Assembly: GCA_913056275.1 (NCBI GenBank) | Contig: CAJXLP010000005.1 | Span: 1,027-65,026, forward strand | Direction of reading: 5' to 3' | Origin: an uncultured Mycoplasmatota bacterium | Lineage (GTDB): Bacteria > Bacillota_I > Bacilli_A > Izemoplasmatales > Izemoplasmataceae | DNA length: 64,000 nucleotides | Shown: positions 36,152 through 45,950 of the stretch, in pieces | How the letters are laid out: the number at the start of each line of letters is the position of its first letter | How positions within the stretch are numbered: the first letter of the stretch is position 1 | Program-made: the position numbers and the translations under genes | Notes under the pieces: generated by a model | The model's input: the letters and a program-made list of their open reading frames with translations, nothing else | The model's database searches: none | What the model was told of the DNA's origin: nothing

Positions 36152-38071
36152 ATGCTGTTAAGATTTCCCGATGGTGCAGAAAAAACGTTTACGGAAGGCA
36201 TTACACCACTAGACGTCGCAAAAAGTATTTCTTCGTCCCTTGCTAAAAAAGTGGTGGGGGCATATTTAGACGATGACTTATATGATCTAAACCGGACGAT
36301 TCACCGCGATGGGGCGATTCGTTTAGTTACTGAAAGCGATGAAAAAGCGTTTGAAATACTCAATCATTCCTCGGCCCATTTACTCGCCCAAGCCGTGAAG
36401 ACGTTGTATCCGAATGCTCAGTTTGGCGTCGGGCCAGCCATTGAAGAGGGCTTTTATTATGACATCGCCTTAGAGACGTCACTGAGAGAAGAAGACCTCG
36501 CACACATTGAAAAACAAATGGCCCGCCACGCCAAAGAAAATCATCCCATGGTGCGAAAAGAAGTATCGAGAAAAGAAGCGTTGGAGATTTTCAAAGATGA
36601 TTTTTACAAAACGACGTTGATTGAAGCCATCCCAGACGGGGATGCGATTACACTTTATCAACAAGGCGATTTTTTAGATTTATGTCGGGGGGGCCACGTC
36701 GGCTTTACCAGTAAAATCAAACATTTTAAACTGTTATCCCTCGCTGGGGCGTATTTTAGAGGGGATTCAGATGGGCCGATGATGCAACGCATTTACGGCA
36801 CATCTTGGTTTTCTAAGGAGGCGCTAGACGCCCATTTAGCCTTGCTTGAAGAACGCAAAGAACGCGATCACCGTAAACTTGGCAAGCAACTGAAAATCTT
36901 CATGCTCAACAGTGAAGTGGGGCAAGGCTTAGCGACTTGGCTTCCCAATGGGTATGCCGTGCGTAAAGTCTTAGAAGATTACGTCTACGAAGAAGAACGC
37001 AAAGCGGGCTACTTGCACGTCTCAACTCCCGTCTTAGGCAGCAAGCATTTATACGAAACGAGCGGCCACTGGGATCACTACCAAGCCAACATGTTTCCTC
37101 CCATGGAACGAGACGGAGAAACTTTTGTCTTACGTCCAATGAGCTGTCCTCACCACATGAAAATCTTTCAATCAGAACTACGGAGTTACCGGGACCTTCC
37201 GCTTCGTTATGCAGAAATTGTTACTCAGCATCGCTATGAAGCGAGTGGGGCACTGACCGGATTAGAACGCGTTCGGGCGATGACATTAACGGACGCACAC
37301 ATCTTTGTGCGGCCCGATCAAATCAAAGCCGAAGTCATCAGTGCCTATGAGCTCATCGACAAAGCGATTGCCGATTTAGGCTTAGAAATAGCCTACTTAG
37401 AATTTGCTACACGCGATGATTCAAAAGAGAAATTCCACGCTGACGAAACGCTTTGGAATGAAGCGGAAGCCGTCTTAGAAGACGTCTTAGTCGAGGCCAA
37501 AATCCCCTACAAGAAAGTACCAGGGGAAGCGGCTTTTTACGGCCCAAAAATTGACTTTCAAGTGAAAACAGTGCTCGGCCACATGATTACAATGTCGACC
37601 ATTCAGCTGGATTTCTTATTGCCTGAACGATTTGATTTAACGTACATCAATGCGGACGGTGAAAAGGTTCGTCCCGTTGTCATTCACCGGGGCTATATCT
37701 CAACGTTTGAGCGGCTTATGAGTATTTTGCTCGAACAAACCAAAGGCGCCTTCCCAGTCTGGCTCGCCCCCACACAAGTCATTTTATTACCGGTCTCTTT
37801 AGACGCCCATATGGACTACACCAAGACACTCTACAAATCCCTCATGGAGGCCGGGTACCGAGTTAAAATCGATGAACGTGAGGAAAAACTTGGCTATAAA
37901 ATTCGCGACGCACAGACCCAAAAAATTCCCTATCAATTAGTCATTGGCGATCAAGAAGTTGCCGATCATAGCGTCACTGCACGGCAGTATGGCTCTAGTG
38001 AACAGCACACAGTGAGTGTGGAAGAATTTTACGACCAACTCGCCCAAGCAGTCGCCAAAAAATCAAGATAA
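36152..38071 (+). CDS. thrS: threonyl-tRNA synthetase
   Basis: TGS N-terminus MLLRFPDGAEKTF, HSSAHLL, RPMSCPHH zinc site and class II motifs. The ATG at 36152 follows GGAGG. The longer ORF from 36080 would overlap the T-box terminator. Confidence 0.92.
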   Translation: MLLRFPDGAEKTFTEGITPLDVAKSISSSLAKKVVGAYLDDDLYDLNRTIHRDGAIRLVTESDEKAFEILNHSSAHLLAQAVKTLYPNAQFGVGPAIEEGFYYDIALETSLREEDLAHIEKQMARHAKENHPMVRKEVSRKEALEIFKDDFYKTTLIEAIPDGDAITLYQQGDFLDLCRGGHVGFTSKIKHFKLLSLAGAYFRGDSDGPMMQRIYGTSWFSKEALDAHLALLEERKERDHRKLGKQLKIFMLNSEVGQGLATWLPNGYAVRKVLEDYVYEEERKAGYLHVSTPVLGSKHLYETSGHWDHYQANMFPPMERDGETFVLRPMSCPHHMKIFQSELRSYRDLPLRYAEIVTQHRYEASGALTGLERVRAMTLTDAHIFVRPDQIKAEVISAYELIDKAIADLGLEIAYLEFATRDDSKEKFHADETLWNEAEAVLEDVLVEAKIPYKKVPGEAAFYGPKIDFQVKTVLGHMITMSTIQLDFLLPERFDLTYINADGEKVRPVVIHRGYISTFERLMSILLEQTKGAFPVWLAPTQVILLPVSLDAHMDYTKTLYKSLMEAGYRVKIDEREEKLGYKIRDAQTQKIPYQLVIGDQEVADHSVTARQYGSSEQHTVSVEEFYDQLAQAVAKKSR

Positions 38072-38073
38072 AC

Positions 38074-38107
38074 AAAAAGTCACTTTAAAATTAAAGTGAC
38101 TTTTTTT
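38074..38107. terminator. bidirectional terminator between thrS and rqcH
   Basis: AAAAAGTCACTTTA-loop-TAAAGTGACTTTTT hairpin with A-run and T-run flanks. It contains the rqcH stop. Confidence 0.75.
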
Positions 38108-39686
38108 CTGTCATTTGGGGCATATCTCCTGGGACGATTAACGTTTCATAGTCATCATAGGTCACTAAACTGGCGGGGTGTCCTTTGATTTTTTTGAGGT
38201 GTTTGACTTCCACATAATCGACTTCCGCTTTCGGATGTCCGCGGTGTTTCGAATGAAATGCCGCAAGTTGTGCAGCCGCTTCCTTCGCACGATTCGACGG
38301 GGTCTCATGCGCGATGATGACGTGGGCGCCTGGGACGCCTCTTGCGTGTAAGAACCACCATGTGCGTTTGGCAAACCGGTGCGTTAATTCGGCATTTTGC
38401 ATGTGATTTTGGCCGACGTATATCTCGCTCCCATCCACGGTAAAGCGTTTTGGCTTCGCTTTGCCTTGTGGTTTTTTAAGCGTTTTAGACTTAATGATTT
38501 TCGCATCCATCAGTTCTCTGCGAATTTCATCTAAGGCCTTAGGATCCGCGTAGTCCAGCTGGTCCAAAATTGAGTCTAGATAGTGCCTCAGTCGCTCAGT
38601 GATTTTCAATTGCTTCGTAATGTGTGGTCTAGAGAGTTTTAACTTTTTCGCTTTCTTAAAGCGGGCATTGGCATTTTCTAAGACCGTTTTGGTGGGATCT
38701 AATTTAAATGTAACCGCATCACCTGTGGTGTAATCAATGACTTCGGTCCTGGCTTTTTTTTCGTGCTTTGATGGATCAAGCATGATCAGTTGCCCTTCGT
38801 GGGTGAGCCGATCACTGTCCTTAATCCCAGCCAGTTGTGCGCGCAATGCTGTCGCTTTTTTCGTCGCTTTTTCACGTTTTTTCTGCAATGTTTTTTGCAG
38901 GGACTTGAGCGCATTGTCGTATGGTTTGTCGGCAAATATTTGCGTTAAACGTTGGTCGGCCCAGTCACTAAAAGTCATCGATTCATCGGTCGAGTCAAAC
39001 ATCGTAAACTGGCCGTCTTCGATGGCAAAGACCGGATTTTCTAGGCGCTTAAACCAAGCAGCTGCATCATGGATGCCTTCTGCAAAGGCTTCGCCAAGCT
39101 TTTTGGAAAACCCTTCAAAGACATTATGAACCGGTGTGTCTTTTTTCTCTAAATAGTCTTTGACTGCAGCTTCATCAAACGGGGACGCTTTGGTTTTTGG
39201 GGGAAATGTATACGGTGCGCCAATGTGTAAAATTCTAGGATGATTAAATAATTGACTGGTCGGTTTGAGTAAGTCGAGTATTTCTAAGGAGCCATCGGTG
39301 ACAATAAGATTAGCATCTTTACCAAAAAATTCTAAAAATAGATGATATGTCGTGGCTTCAAAAAGTGCATTACGACCTTCCACAATGACCTCAACAACAC
39401 GGTCGATGCCATGCTGGTGTACGCGTTTGAGCTTGGCACCAATCAACCACTTTTTGAGCCGCTGAGTGATATTTGATAGCGCCGCTTTATGAGGAAAATC
39501 GAGGTGTGTTTTGTGCATCCGTGCGGTTTGAGGGGTCAGGTCTAAAAACCACTTAAACGCGTGGTTTCCTTTCATTTGAAAAAGCAGCTGATAAGGACTA
39601 AGCTGCTGGATTTTTTGAAATCTGGCGGGCAGTTCATTGGATAATTCTTTGACGGCATAGTGCAAAGTGAGCCCAGTGAATGTCAC
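38091..39686 (-). CDS. rqcH: ribosome quality-control protein RqcH (NFACT / FbpA family)
   Basis: NFACT-N start MTFTGLTLHYAVKEL, central coiled coil rich in K/E, and the NFACT-R (DUF814) motif WWFLHARGVPGAHVIIA. Confidence 0.8.
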   Translation of the reverse strand: MTFTGLTLHYAVKELSNELPARFQKIQQLSPYQLLFQMKGNHAFKWFLDLTPQTARMHKTHLDFPHKAALSNITQRLKKWLIGAKLKRVHQHGIDRVVEVIVEGRNALFEATTYHLFLEFFGKDANLIVTDGSLEILDLLKPTSQLFNHPRILHIGAPYTFPPKTKASPFDEAAVKDYLEKKDTPVHNVFEGFSKKLGEAFAEGIHDAAAWFKRLENPVFAIEDGQFTMFDSTDESMTFSDWADQRLTQIFADKPYDNALKSLQKTLQKKREKATKKATALRAQLAGIKDSDRLTHEGQLIMLDPSKHEKKARTEVIDYTTGDAVTFKLDPTKTVLENANARFKKAKKLKLSRPHITKQLKITERLRHYLDSILDQLDYADPKALDEIRRELMDAKIIKSKTLKKPQGKAKPKRFTVDGSEIYVGQNHMQNAELTHRFAKRTWWFLHARGVPGAHVIIAHETPSNRAKEAAAQLAAFHSKHRGHPKAEVDYVEVKHLKKIKGHPASLVTYDDYETLIVPGDMPQMTEKKSL

Positions 39687-39806
39687 GCGTTAATCACACT
39701 CCGTTTGAAATGATTTGTAAATCGATGAAAAAAGTTTCATTTAAGGGCTTTCACGGACCCTTAAAACATGTTAAGATATGTTTAAATATATCATACAGGA
39801 GGCTTT

Positions 39807-40442
39807 ATGAAGCTTAATCAACGCGGATTATTGATTGTCATCAGTGGGCCTTCTGGTGTGGGTAAGGGCACCGTTAGAAAAGCACTTTTTGAATTTGAAG
39901 GCCATGATTTTGTCTATTCGATCTCAATGACCACACGACCTCCACGCGAGGGTGAGGTTGATGGGGTCGATTATTATTTTGTGACAAAAGAGGAATTTGA
40001 GCGTCGGATTAAAGCAGGAGCATTCTTAGAATATGCCGAGTTTGTGGGGCATTATTATGGCACGCCCAAAGATAAGGTGGACGCCTATTTAGACACAGGA
40101 AAAGAAGTGGTCTTGGAAATTGAAGTCGAAGGCGCTTTACAGGTCCGAGAAAAAATGCCGGATGCGGTATTCTTGTTTATCGCACCGCCTTCTAGAGAGG
40201 CATTATACAACCGATTGCTCTCACGCGGCTCTGAAGATCCAACGACGGTCGTTAACCGAATGGATAAAGCGGAGCGAGAATTCTTGCTTGCGCACAAATA
40301 TGACTATATAATAGTGAATGACGATGTTCGCAATGCCGCCGATAAAATCATTGCGGTTGTCCGGGCTGAACACGCGAAAACTGAACGCTCAATTCAAAGT
40401 TACCGAACTATGTTGGAGGTAGACGACACCCATGGCCAATAA
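39807..40442 (+). CDS. gmk: guanylate kinase
   Basis: GPSGVGKGT and TTRPPREGE. Confidence 0.9.
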   Translation: MKLNQRGLLIVISGPSGVGKGTVRKALFEFEGHDFVYSISMTTRPPREGEVDGVDYYFVTKEEFERRIKAGAFLEYAEFVGHYYGTPKDKVDAYLDTGKEVVLEIEVEGALQVREKMPDAVFLFIAPPSREALYNRLLSRGSEDPTTVVNRMDKAEREFLLAHKYDYIIVNDDVRNAADKIIAVVRAEHAKTERSIQSYRTMLEVDDTHGQ

Positions 40443-40650
40443 AGAAGGTCTCAGATATCCATCAATCGATCAGCTTTTAGGAAAAATCGATTCGAAATAC
40501 AAATTGGCCTATGCAGCATCCTTGCGAGCGAAAGCCTTAAAAGAACACGATGATAGTGTCATTCGTGCCAAATGCTCAAAACCTGTAGGCATTGCCTTAG
40601 AAGAAATTGAAGCCGATAAAGTCGAAATTAATTTTACGAAAAAATTGTAG
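40432..40650 (+). CDS. rpoZ: DNA-directed RNA polymerase omega subunit
   Basis: 72 aa. YKLAYAASLRAKAL, and the conserved position after gmk. Confidence 0.8.
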   Translation: MANKEGLRYPSIDQLLGKIDSKYKLAYAASLRAKALKEHDDSVIRAKCSKPVGIALEEIEADKVEINFTKKL

Positions 40651-40669
40651 CCGAAGCTACTTTTTTTTT
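40647..40669 (+). terminator. weak hairpin plus a 9-T run after rpoZ
   Basis: GTAGC-CGAA-GCTAC followed by TTTTTTTTT. Confidence 0.5.
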
Positions 40670-40721
40670 GCCCAAATGCCCCCTCGATTTGGTATACTAA
40701 AAAAGATTAAGGAGGCCATAT

Positions 40722-43700
40722 ATGACAAGTGAATTTCACACACTCCTTGAGTTACTCAAGCTCGATCAGACCACATTTACCACGCCCGGTTTTCTCGACG
40801 CATTACACGTCGATAAGAAGACTCAGGCTTGGTTTTTTAATTGTCGGTTTACTCAGGTGCCTCCGTTGAAAGAGTTTCAACAATTTCACGAACGGTTAAT
40901 TCAATTGCCACATCAACTGACGCATGTTAAATCGGTCGGGGTCACCTACACTTATGACGATGCTAAAACTTCAGAGCGTCTGAATTATTTTATCTACTTA
41001 CTCGCCTTATTGGTCAGTCAAAAACCACGCTTTGAAGCGTTGCAACAATTTCAAATTACCGAACAATCGCCCGATATCATTATCACGTTGCCGGCGGACG
41101 CCGACTTCGCGGTGAGTTGGGAAAAAGAACTGCATGATTTTACCCAGCAATTCGGATTTGCCTTTTCGTATGTCTTTAAACGTCATCAAGACACGTCGAT
41201 TGCCAAACGCATCGAAGCCATTGACGAAGCGGATGAACAAAAGCGCGCCAAAGCGCCGAAAGTTCAAAGCTTTTTAAGTTTTGAAGACCGCACCGTAGAG
41301 CCTGTCAAACACGTCATCAAAGACATTCCAATCAGCGAAGAAGGACTGAGTGAATATACCAGTGCCCATCGCAATCAAACCTTTAAATTTTCCGGAGAAG
41401 TCTTCAGTGTTGACACGCGTAAACTGCGCGATGAGATGACGCTTATCACCTGGGTCATCGGGGATTCTGATGACGCCATTTACGTGAAAAAATTCATTCG
41501 CGATGACAATGATTTAGCGTTTATGAAACGCGCCGAAGTTGGGCACGTCGTCAAAGTGGAAGGTAAAGCCCACTTTGATAATTACGCGCAAGAAGTCGTC
41601 ATCACCGCGCAAACGGTTGAGATTTCTAAATATCCGGTGGAAAAAGCATTACGAGAAGATACGTCCAATCAAAAACGCAGTGAATTGCATCTGCATACCA
41701 AAATGTCGGCCTTAGATGGCATCGATTCCATCGATGATTATGTTGCCACAGCCGTGCGCTTTGGTCACCCCGCGATTGCGATGACCGATCACGACAGTGT
41801 GCAAGGCTTTCCGGCCTTTCACCATGCCACAGAAAATCAATCAATTAAACCGATTTATGGGGCGGAGCTGAGCGTCGTATTTGAAGAGGCCTTGGCGCTT
41901 TATACGGGCGATCAAACATCCCCCATCATGGACGCTACGTTCGTCGTATTTGACATTGAGACGACCGGGCTCTCTGCGACCCACGATGAAATCATCGAAA
42001 TTTCCGCAATCAAAATGAAAGGCCAACAAACCATTGAACGTTTTGACACGTTCATTAAAGCGAGTCATCCGCTCAGCGCCTTCACCACGGAATTGACCTC
42101 AATTACCGATGCCATGCTCAACGATGGCTTACCGCTGGTGGATGCCTTAAGCCAATTTAAAGCGTTTATTGGGGACGCTATTTTAGTGGCGCACAACGCG
42201 CCATTTGATGTTGACTTCATCAGTGCCCACATGCAGAGTCTGTCGTTATTAGATGCCCCTTATGAGGCGATCGATACACTGCAATTGGCCCGTCAATTAT
42301 ACGGCGATAAACTCAAACGCTTTAATTTAAAAGCCGTGTCCAAATACTTCAATGTCGAACTCACTCACCACCACCGAGCAGAAGCCGATACGTTTGCGAC
42401 TGCCGAGATTTTTAAAAGCATGATGGCTGATTTACACGCCAAAGGCATCAAAACGCTGGATGCCTTAAAAAACGCATCAAGTTTGTATCCAGGCGCGTCA
42501 AAATGGCGGCATGCCCGAAAGTCTCACGTGACAGTTTGGGTCAAAAACGATCGAGGATTAAAGCATTTATACCAACTGATTAGTGATGCGCATACCACGT
42601 ATTATCAAGCCGGTCCTGTCCTTCCGTTTTCGCATCTTTTAAAACACCGAGACGGTTTGATCATAAGTAGTGGCTGCATGCACAGTGATTTCATCGAAAC
42701 CGCACTGAATAAAACGGAGGCGAAGCTTGAAGCCATTATGCCTCGCTATGACGTCATTGAATTGCAACCGCCGAAAGATTATTTGCATCTGTTTGACCGA
42801 GAGATCGCCGCAGGCAAACCCGCGGCTGACGTACTTACACTGATTCAGTCAACGCTTGCAAAAATTGTCCGTCTCGCCGATGATCATGAAATCCCCGTCA
42901 TCGCTACAGGTGACGTTCACCACATCGAAGAAGATGGATTTAAATACCGTGACATCTACATTAAAACGCCCATTGTGGGCGGCGGATATCACGCTTTGGC
43001 ACGCAATCAACATCCCCCTAAACAATACTTTTTAACGACCGAAGAAATGCTTGAGTCATTCGCCTTTTTAGGCCAAGAGGTGGCGCAAGCATGCGTCATT
43101 GACGCGGTTGAAAATCTTGTCGATTCGATCGGTGAAGTGACGCCGTTTAAAGCGGAACTCTATGCGCCAAAAGATGACTTTTTAGCAAATGAAGGCATCC
43201 CCTCCGCGGTGAATGCGCTCAAACAAATCGTCGATGATGCGACGTTAAAGACATATGGAGACACCCCCCATCCATACGTTAAAGACCGCATCGAAAAAGA
43301 ATTAAAAAGCATCATCGATAACCAGTTTTCAGCCGTGTATTACATTTCCCATTTACTCGTCCAAAAATCGTTATCTGAAGGATACTTGGTCGGGTCCCGG
43401 GGAAGTGTCGGTTCATCTTTAATCGCGACGTTGATGCAAATTACTGAAGTCAATCCACTAGCGCCCCATGTTGTCTGTCCGTCTTGTCACTTCTTTAGTT
43501 TCAAGCGGTCGCCAGAAGACCGTGATCTTTATCCCATCGACTCCGTAGAAATGCCGTTTCAAAAAGACTTGGAAAAAGTTAGCAGTGGGTTTGACTTGAG
43601 ACCGCTCAACTGTCCACACTGCGGACATCCGCTTGTCCGGGATGGACACGACATTCCCTTTGAAACATTCTTAGGGTTTAAAGGCGACAAGGTCCCCGAT

Positions 43701-45182
43701 ATCGATTTAAATTTCTCCGGCGACTATCAAGCCGACGTGCACGAATACATCCGGACCATCTTCGGCCAGGACCGTGCCTTTCGGGCGGGTACGATTTCAA
43801 CGGTGGCAGCGCGGACCGCGTTTGGCTACGTGAAAGGCTACATTGAAAAAGAAAACCTCACCTTAAGAAAAGCAGAAATCGATCGCCGCGCGCAAAAAAT
43901 TAGTGGGGTAAAACGCTCAACAGGGCAACATCCAGGTGGCATCGTCGTTGTCCCACAAGACAAAGAAATTACCGATGTGACACCGGTTCAATTCCCCGCC
44001 GATGACACAACGAGTAGTTGGCGAACCACGCATTTTGATTACCACTCGTTTGAAGCCAATCTCTTTAAACTCGATGTGTTAGGGCATGATGATCCGACGA
44101 TGATCAAATATTTAATGGATCACGTACAAGCAAGTCCTCTCGATTTCCCCTTTGCTGACGCCCGCGATATTCCCTTAGATGATCCAAACGTCTACAGTTT
44201 ACTTTCAAGCACTGAAGCGATTGGGATCCCACCTGAAATGTTGGGATCTAGCGTCGCAAGTTTCGGTGTTCCAGAAATGGGCACGGGCTTTGTGCGCGGC
44301 ATGTTAAAAGCCGCCCAACCGCAAACATTTGCCGACATTGTAAAGATTTCAGGACTTTCTCACGGGACGGATGTATGGCTGAATAACGCGGAACAACTCG
44401 TCTCAGGCAAACACAAAGAATACCCTCAAGTGCCTTTCAAAGAAGTCATTGGATGTCGCGATGATATCATGGTGAACTTGATCGATTTCGGCGTGAAAAA
44501 AGAAGTCGCCTTTGAACTTTCAGAATTTATCCGTAAAGGAAAACCGTCCAAAGACCCAGATGCCTGGGAGGGCTACCAAGCCATCATGCGTGACCATCGC
44601 GTCCCCGAGTGGTATATTTGGTCGTGTGGACAGATTAAATACATGTTCCCAAAAGCCCACGCTACAGCGTATGTCATGATGGCGCTGAGGATTGCCTGGT
44701 TTAAGGTCTATCAACCGATTTATTTTTACGCCGCGTATTTCTCCAAACGGGCCAAAGATTTTGACTTAATTAGTTTCCTAGGCGGCACGTCCGTCATCGC
44801 CGAAAAAATGAAAAGCATCCATGCGAAAGGGACCCGCGCCACCGATACTGAAAAGCGCTTGCTGACAGTGTTGGAAGTGGCTCATGAGATGACTTTACGA
44901 GGCTTTCATTTTGCCCCGATTGACATGGAAAAGTCGGATGCCCGTGATTTTGTCATCACTGACGATCAAACCGGACTCATTTTACCGTTTGTCGCACTCG
45001 ATGGACTCGGTGCTAAAGTCGCCGAATCAATCGTTGAAGCGCGGGAAGATACGCCCTTTAATTCCCAAGACGATCTGAAAAAACGGACCCTTCTCACCAA
45101 AACATCGTTTGACAAATTACTCGCACTCGATGTCTTTAAAGGCTTACCTGAAGATACCCAAATTAGTTTATTTGAAATGTAA
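40722..45182 (+). CDS. polC: DNA polymerase III alpha subunit, PolC type
   Basis: 1486 aa. PHP motif ELHLHTKMSALDG, inserted DEDD exonuclease FVVFDIETTGLS...AHNAPFDVDF, and the polymerase core. Confidence 0.95.
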   Translation: MTSEFHTLLELLKLDQTTFTTPGFLDALHVDKKTQAWFFNCRFTQVPPLKEFQQFHERLIQLPHQLTHVKSVGVTYTYDDAKTSERLNYFIYLLALLVSQKPRFEALQQFQITEQSPDIIITLPADADFAVSWEKELHDFTQQFGFAFSYVFKRHQDTSIAKRIEAIDEADEQKRAKAPKVQSFLSFEDRTVEPVKHVIKDIPISEEGLSEYTSAHRNQTFKFSGEVFSVDTRKLRDEMTLITWVIGDSDDAIYVKKFIRDDNDLAFMKRAEVGHVVKVEGKAHFDNYAQEVVITAQTVEISKYPVEKALREDTSNQKRSELHLHTKMSALDGIDSIDDYVATAVRFGHPAIAMTDHDSVQGFPAFHHATENQSIKPIYGAELSVVFEEALALYTGDQTSPIMDATFVVFDIETTGLSATHDEIIEISAIKMKGQQTIERFDTFIKASHPLSAFTTELTSITDAMLNDGLPLVDALSQFKAFIGDAILVAHNAPFDVDFISAHMQSLSLLDAPYEAIDTLQLARQLYGDKLKRFNLKAVSKYFNVELTHHHRAEADTFATAEIFKSMMADLHAKGIKTLDALKNASSLYPGASKWRHARKSHVTVWVKNDRGLKHLYQLISDAHTTYYQAGPVLPFSHLLKHRDGLIISSGCMHSDFIETALNKTEAKLEAIMPRYDVIELQPPKDYLHLFDREIAAGKPAADVLTLIQSTLAKIVRLADDHEIPVIATGDVHHIEEDGFKYRDIYIKTPIVGGGYHALARNQHPPKQYFLTTEEMLESFAFLGQEVAQACVIDAVENLVDSIGEVTPFKAELYAPKDDFLANEGIPSAVNALKQIVDDATLKTYGDTPHPYVKDRIEKELKSIIDNQFSAVYYISHLLVQKSLSEGYLVGSRGSVGSSLIATLMQITEVNPLAPHVVCPSCHFFSFKRSPEDRDLYPIDSVEMPFQKDLEKVSSGFDLRPLNCPHCGHPLVRDGHDIPFETFLGFKGDKVPDIDLNFSGDYQADVHEYIRTIFGQDRAFRAGTISTVAARTAFGYVKGYIEKENLTLRKAEIDRRAQKISGVKRSTGQHPGGIVVVPQDKEITDVTPVQFPADDTTSSWRTTHFDYHSFEANLFKLDVLGHDDPTMIKYLMDHVQASPLDFPFADARDIPLDDPNVYSLLSSTEAIGIPPEMLGSSVASFGVPEMGTGFVRGMLKAAQPQTFADIVKISGLSHGTDVWLNNAEQLVSGKHKEYPQVPFKEVIGCRDDIMVNLIDFGVKKEVAFELSEFIRKGKPSKDPDAWEGYQAIMRDHRVPEWYIWSCGQIKYMFPKAHATAYVMMALRIAWFKVYQPIYFYAAYFSKRAKDFDLISFLGGTSVIAEKMKSIHAKGTRATDTEKRLLTVLEVAHEMTLRGFHFAPIDMEKSDARDFVITDDQTGLILPFVALDGLGAKVAESIVEAREDTPFNSQDDLKKRTLLTKTSFDKLLALDVFKGLPEDTQISLFEM

Positions 45183-45193
45183 AGGAGCAGAAT

Positions 45194-45940
45194 ATGCGTA
45201 TGTTTCGAAGTACCAACCCAATGATGGGTCGGATGCATCCAGGTGCCGTCGGTGGCTACTCAGATTATCCTGCCACCATGGGGACGTTCAGTCTCAAAAT
45301 GATTTTATTAACCGCCGTTTTATTTGGATTTGCCGGGTTTTCTTTTTTCACATTCATCAATACCGGAAATTTCACCGGTGGCATCGTCACTTTAATTGCC
45401 GCCCCCATCGTGGCGCTCATTAGTGTCATTGTCGCCATGCGAAATCCGTCACTGGCGCCCTATTTTGCATTTATCTACGCGATGACCCAAGGCATTTTCA
45501 TGGGTGCGATCAGTGGGGTATATGAAATGTCCTTTGGCGATGGCATTGTCTCAACCGCCTTACTCGCCACGCTTGGCGTGTTTGTGGCTATGGGCTTTTT
45601 ATACGCGTCAGGCCTGGTTAAAGTAACCAGTAAATTTCGCCGGGTCATGTATACGTTGCTTGTAGGCTTGCTCATCACGAGTTTAATTTTAGTTGTTTTG
45701 AGTCTATTCGGTGCACTCGGTGGACTGAGCCTCGGCTTTTTATTGCTAATTTCGGCCGTCTCTAGCGTCGTGGCATCCTTGTATTTATTAATTGATTTCG
45801 ACAACATTGCCACGCTCATTAAAAGCGGCGCAGACCGTCAGTATGAATGGGTGTTTGCGTTGTCATTAATGGTCACGCTTGTCTGGTTATATATCGAACT
45901 GCTAAGACTCATTGCCATCTTGAGTCGCCGCAGAAATTAG
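45194..45940 (+). CDS. Bax-inhibitor-1/YccA-like membrane protein
   Basis: N-terminal RSTNPMM motif followed by about seven TM segments. Confidence 0.55.
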   Translation: MRMFRSTNPMMGRMHPGAVGGYSDYPATMGTFSLKMILLTAVLFGFAGFSFFTFINTGNFTGGIVTLIAAPIVALISVIVAMRNPSLAPYFAFIYAMTQGIFMGAISGVYEMSFGDGIVSTALLATLGVFVAMGFLYASGLVKVTSKFRRVMYTLLVGLLITSLILVVLSLFGALGGLSLGFLLLISAVSSVVASLYLLIDFDNIATLIKSGADRQYEWVFALSLMVTLVWLYIELLRLIAILSRRRN

Positions 45941-45950
45941 GAGGAAACAC

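Noticed and set aside
40722-45182. PolC at 1486 aa is slightly longer than many PolC proteins; an intein or insertion was considered.
   Set aside because: I see no intein splice-junction motifs (Cys/Ser...His-Asn-Cys/Ser/Thr blocks). The PHP, exonuclease and polymerase segments run continuously, and the length is within normal PolC variation.
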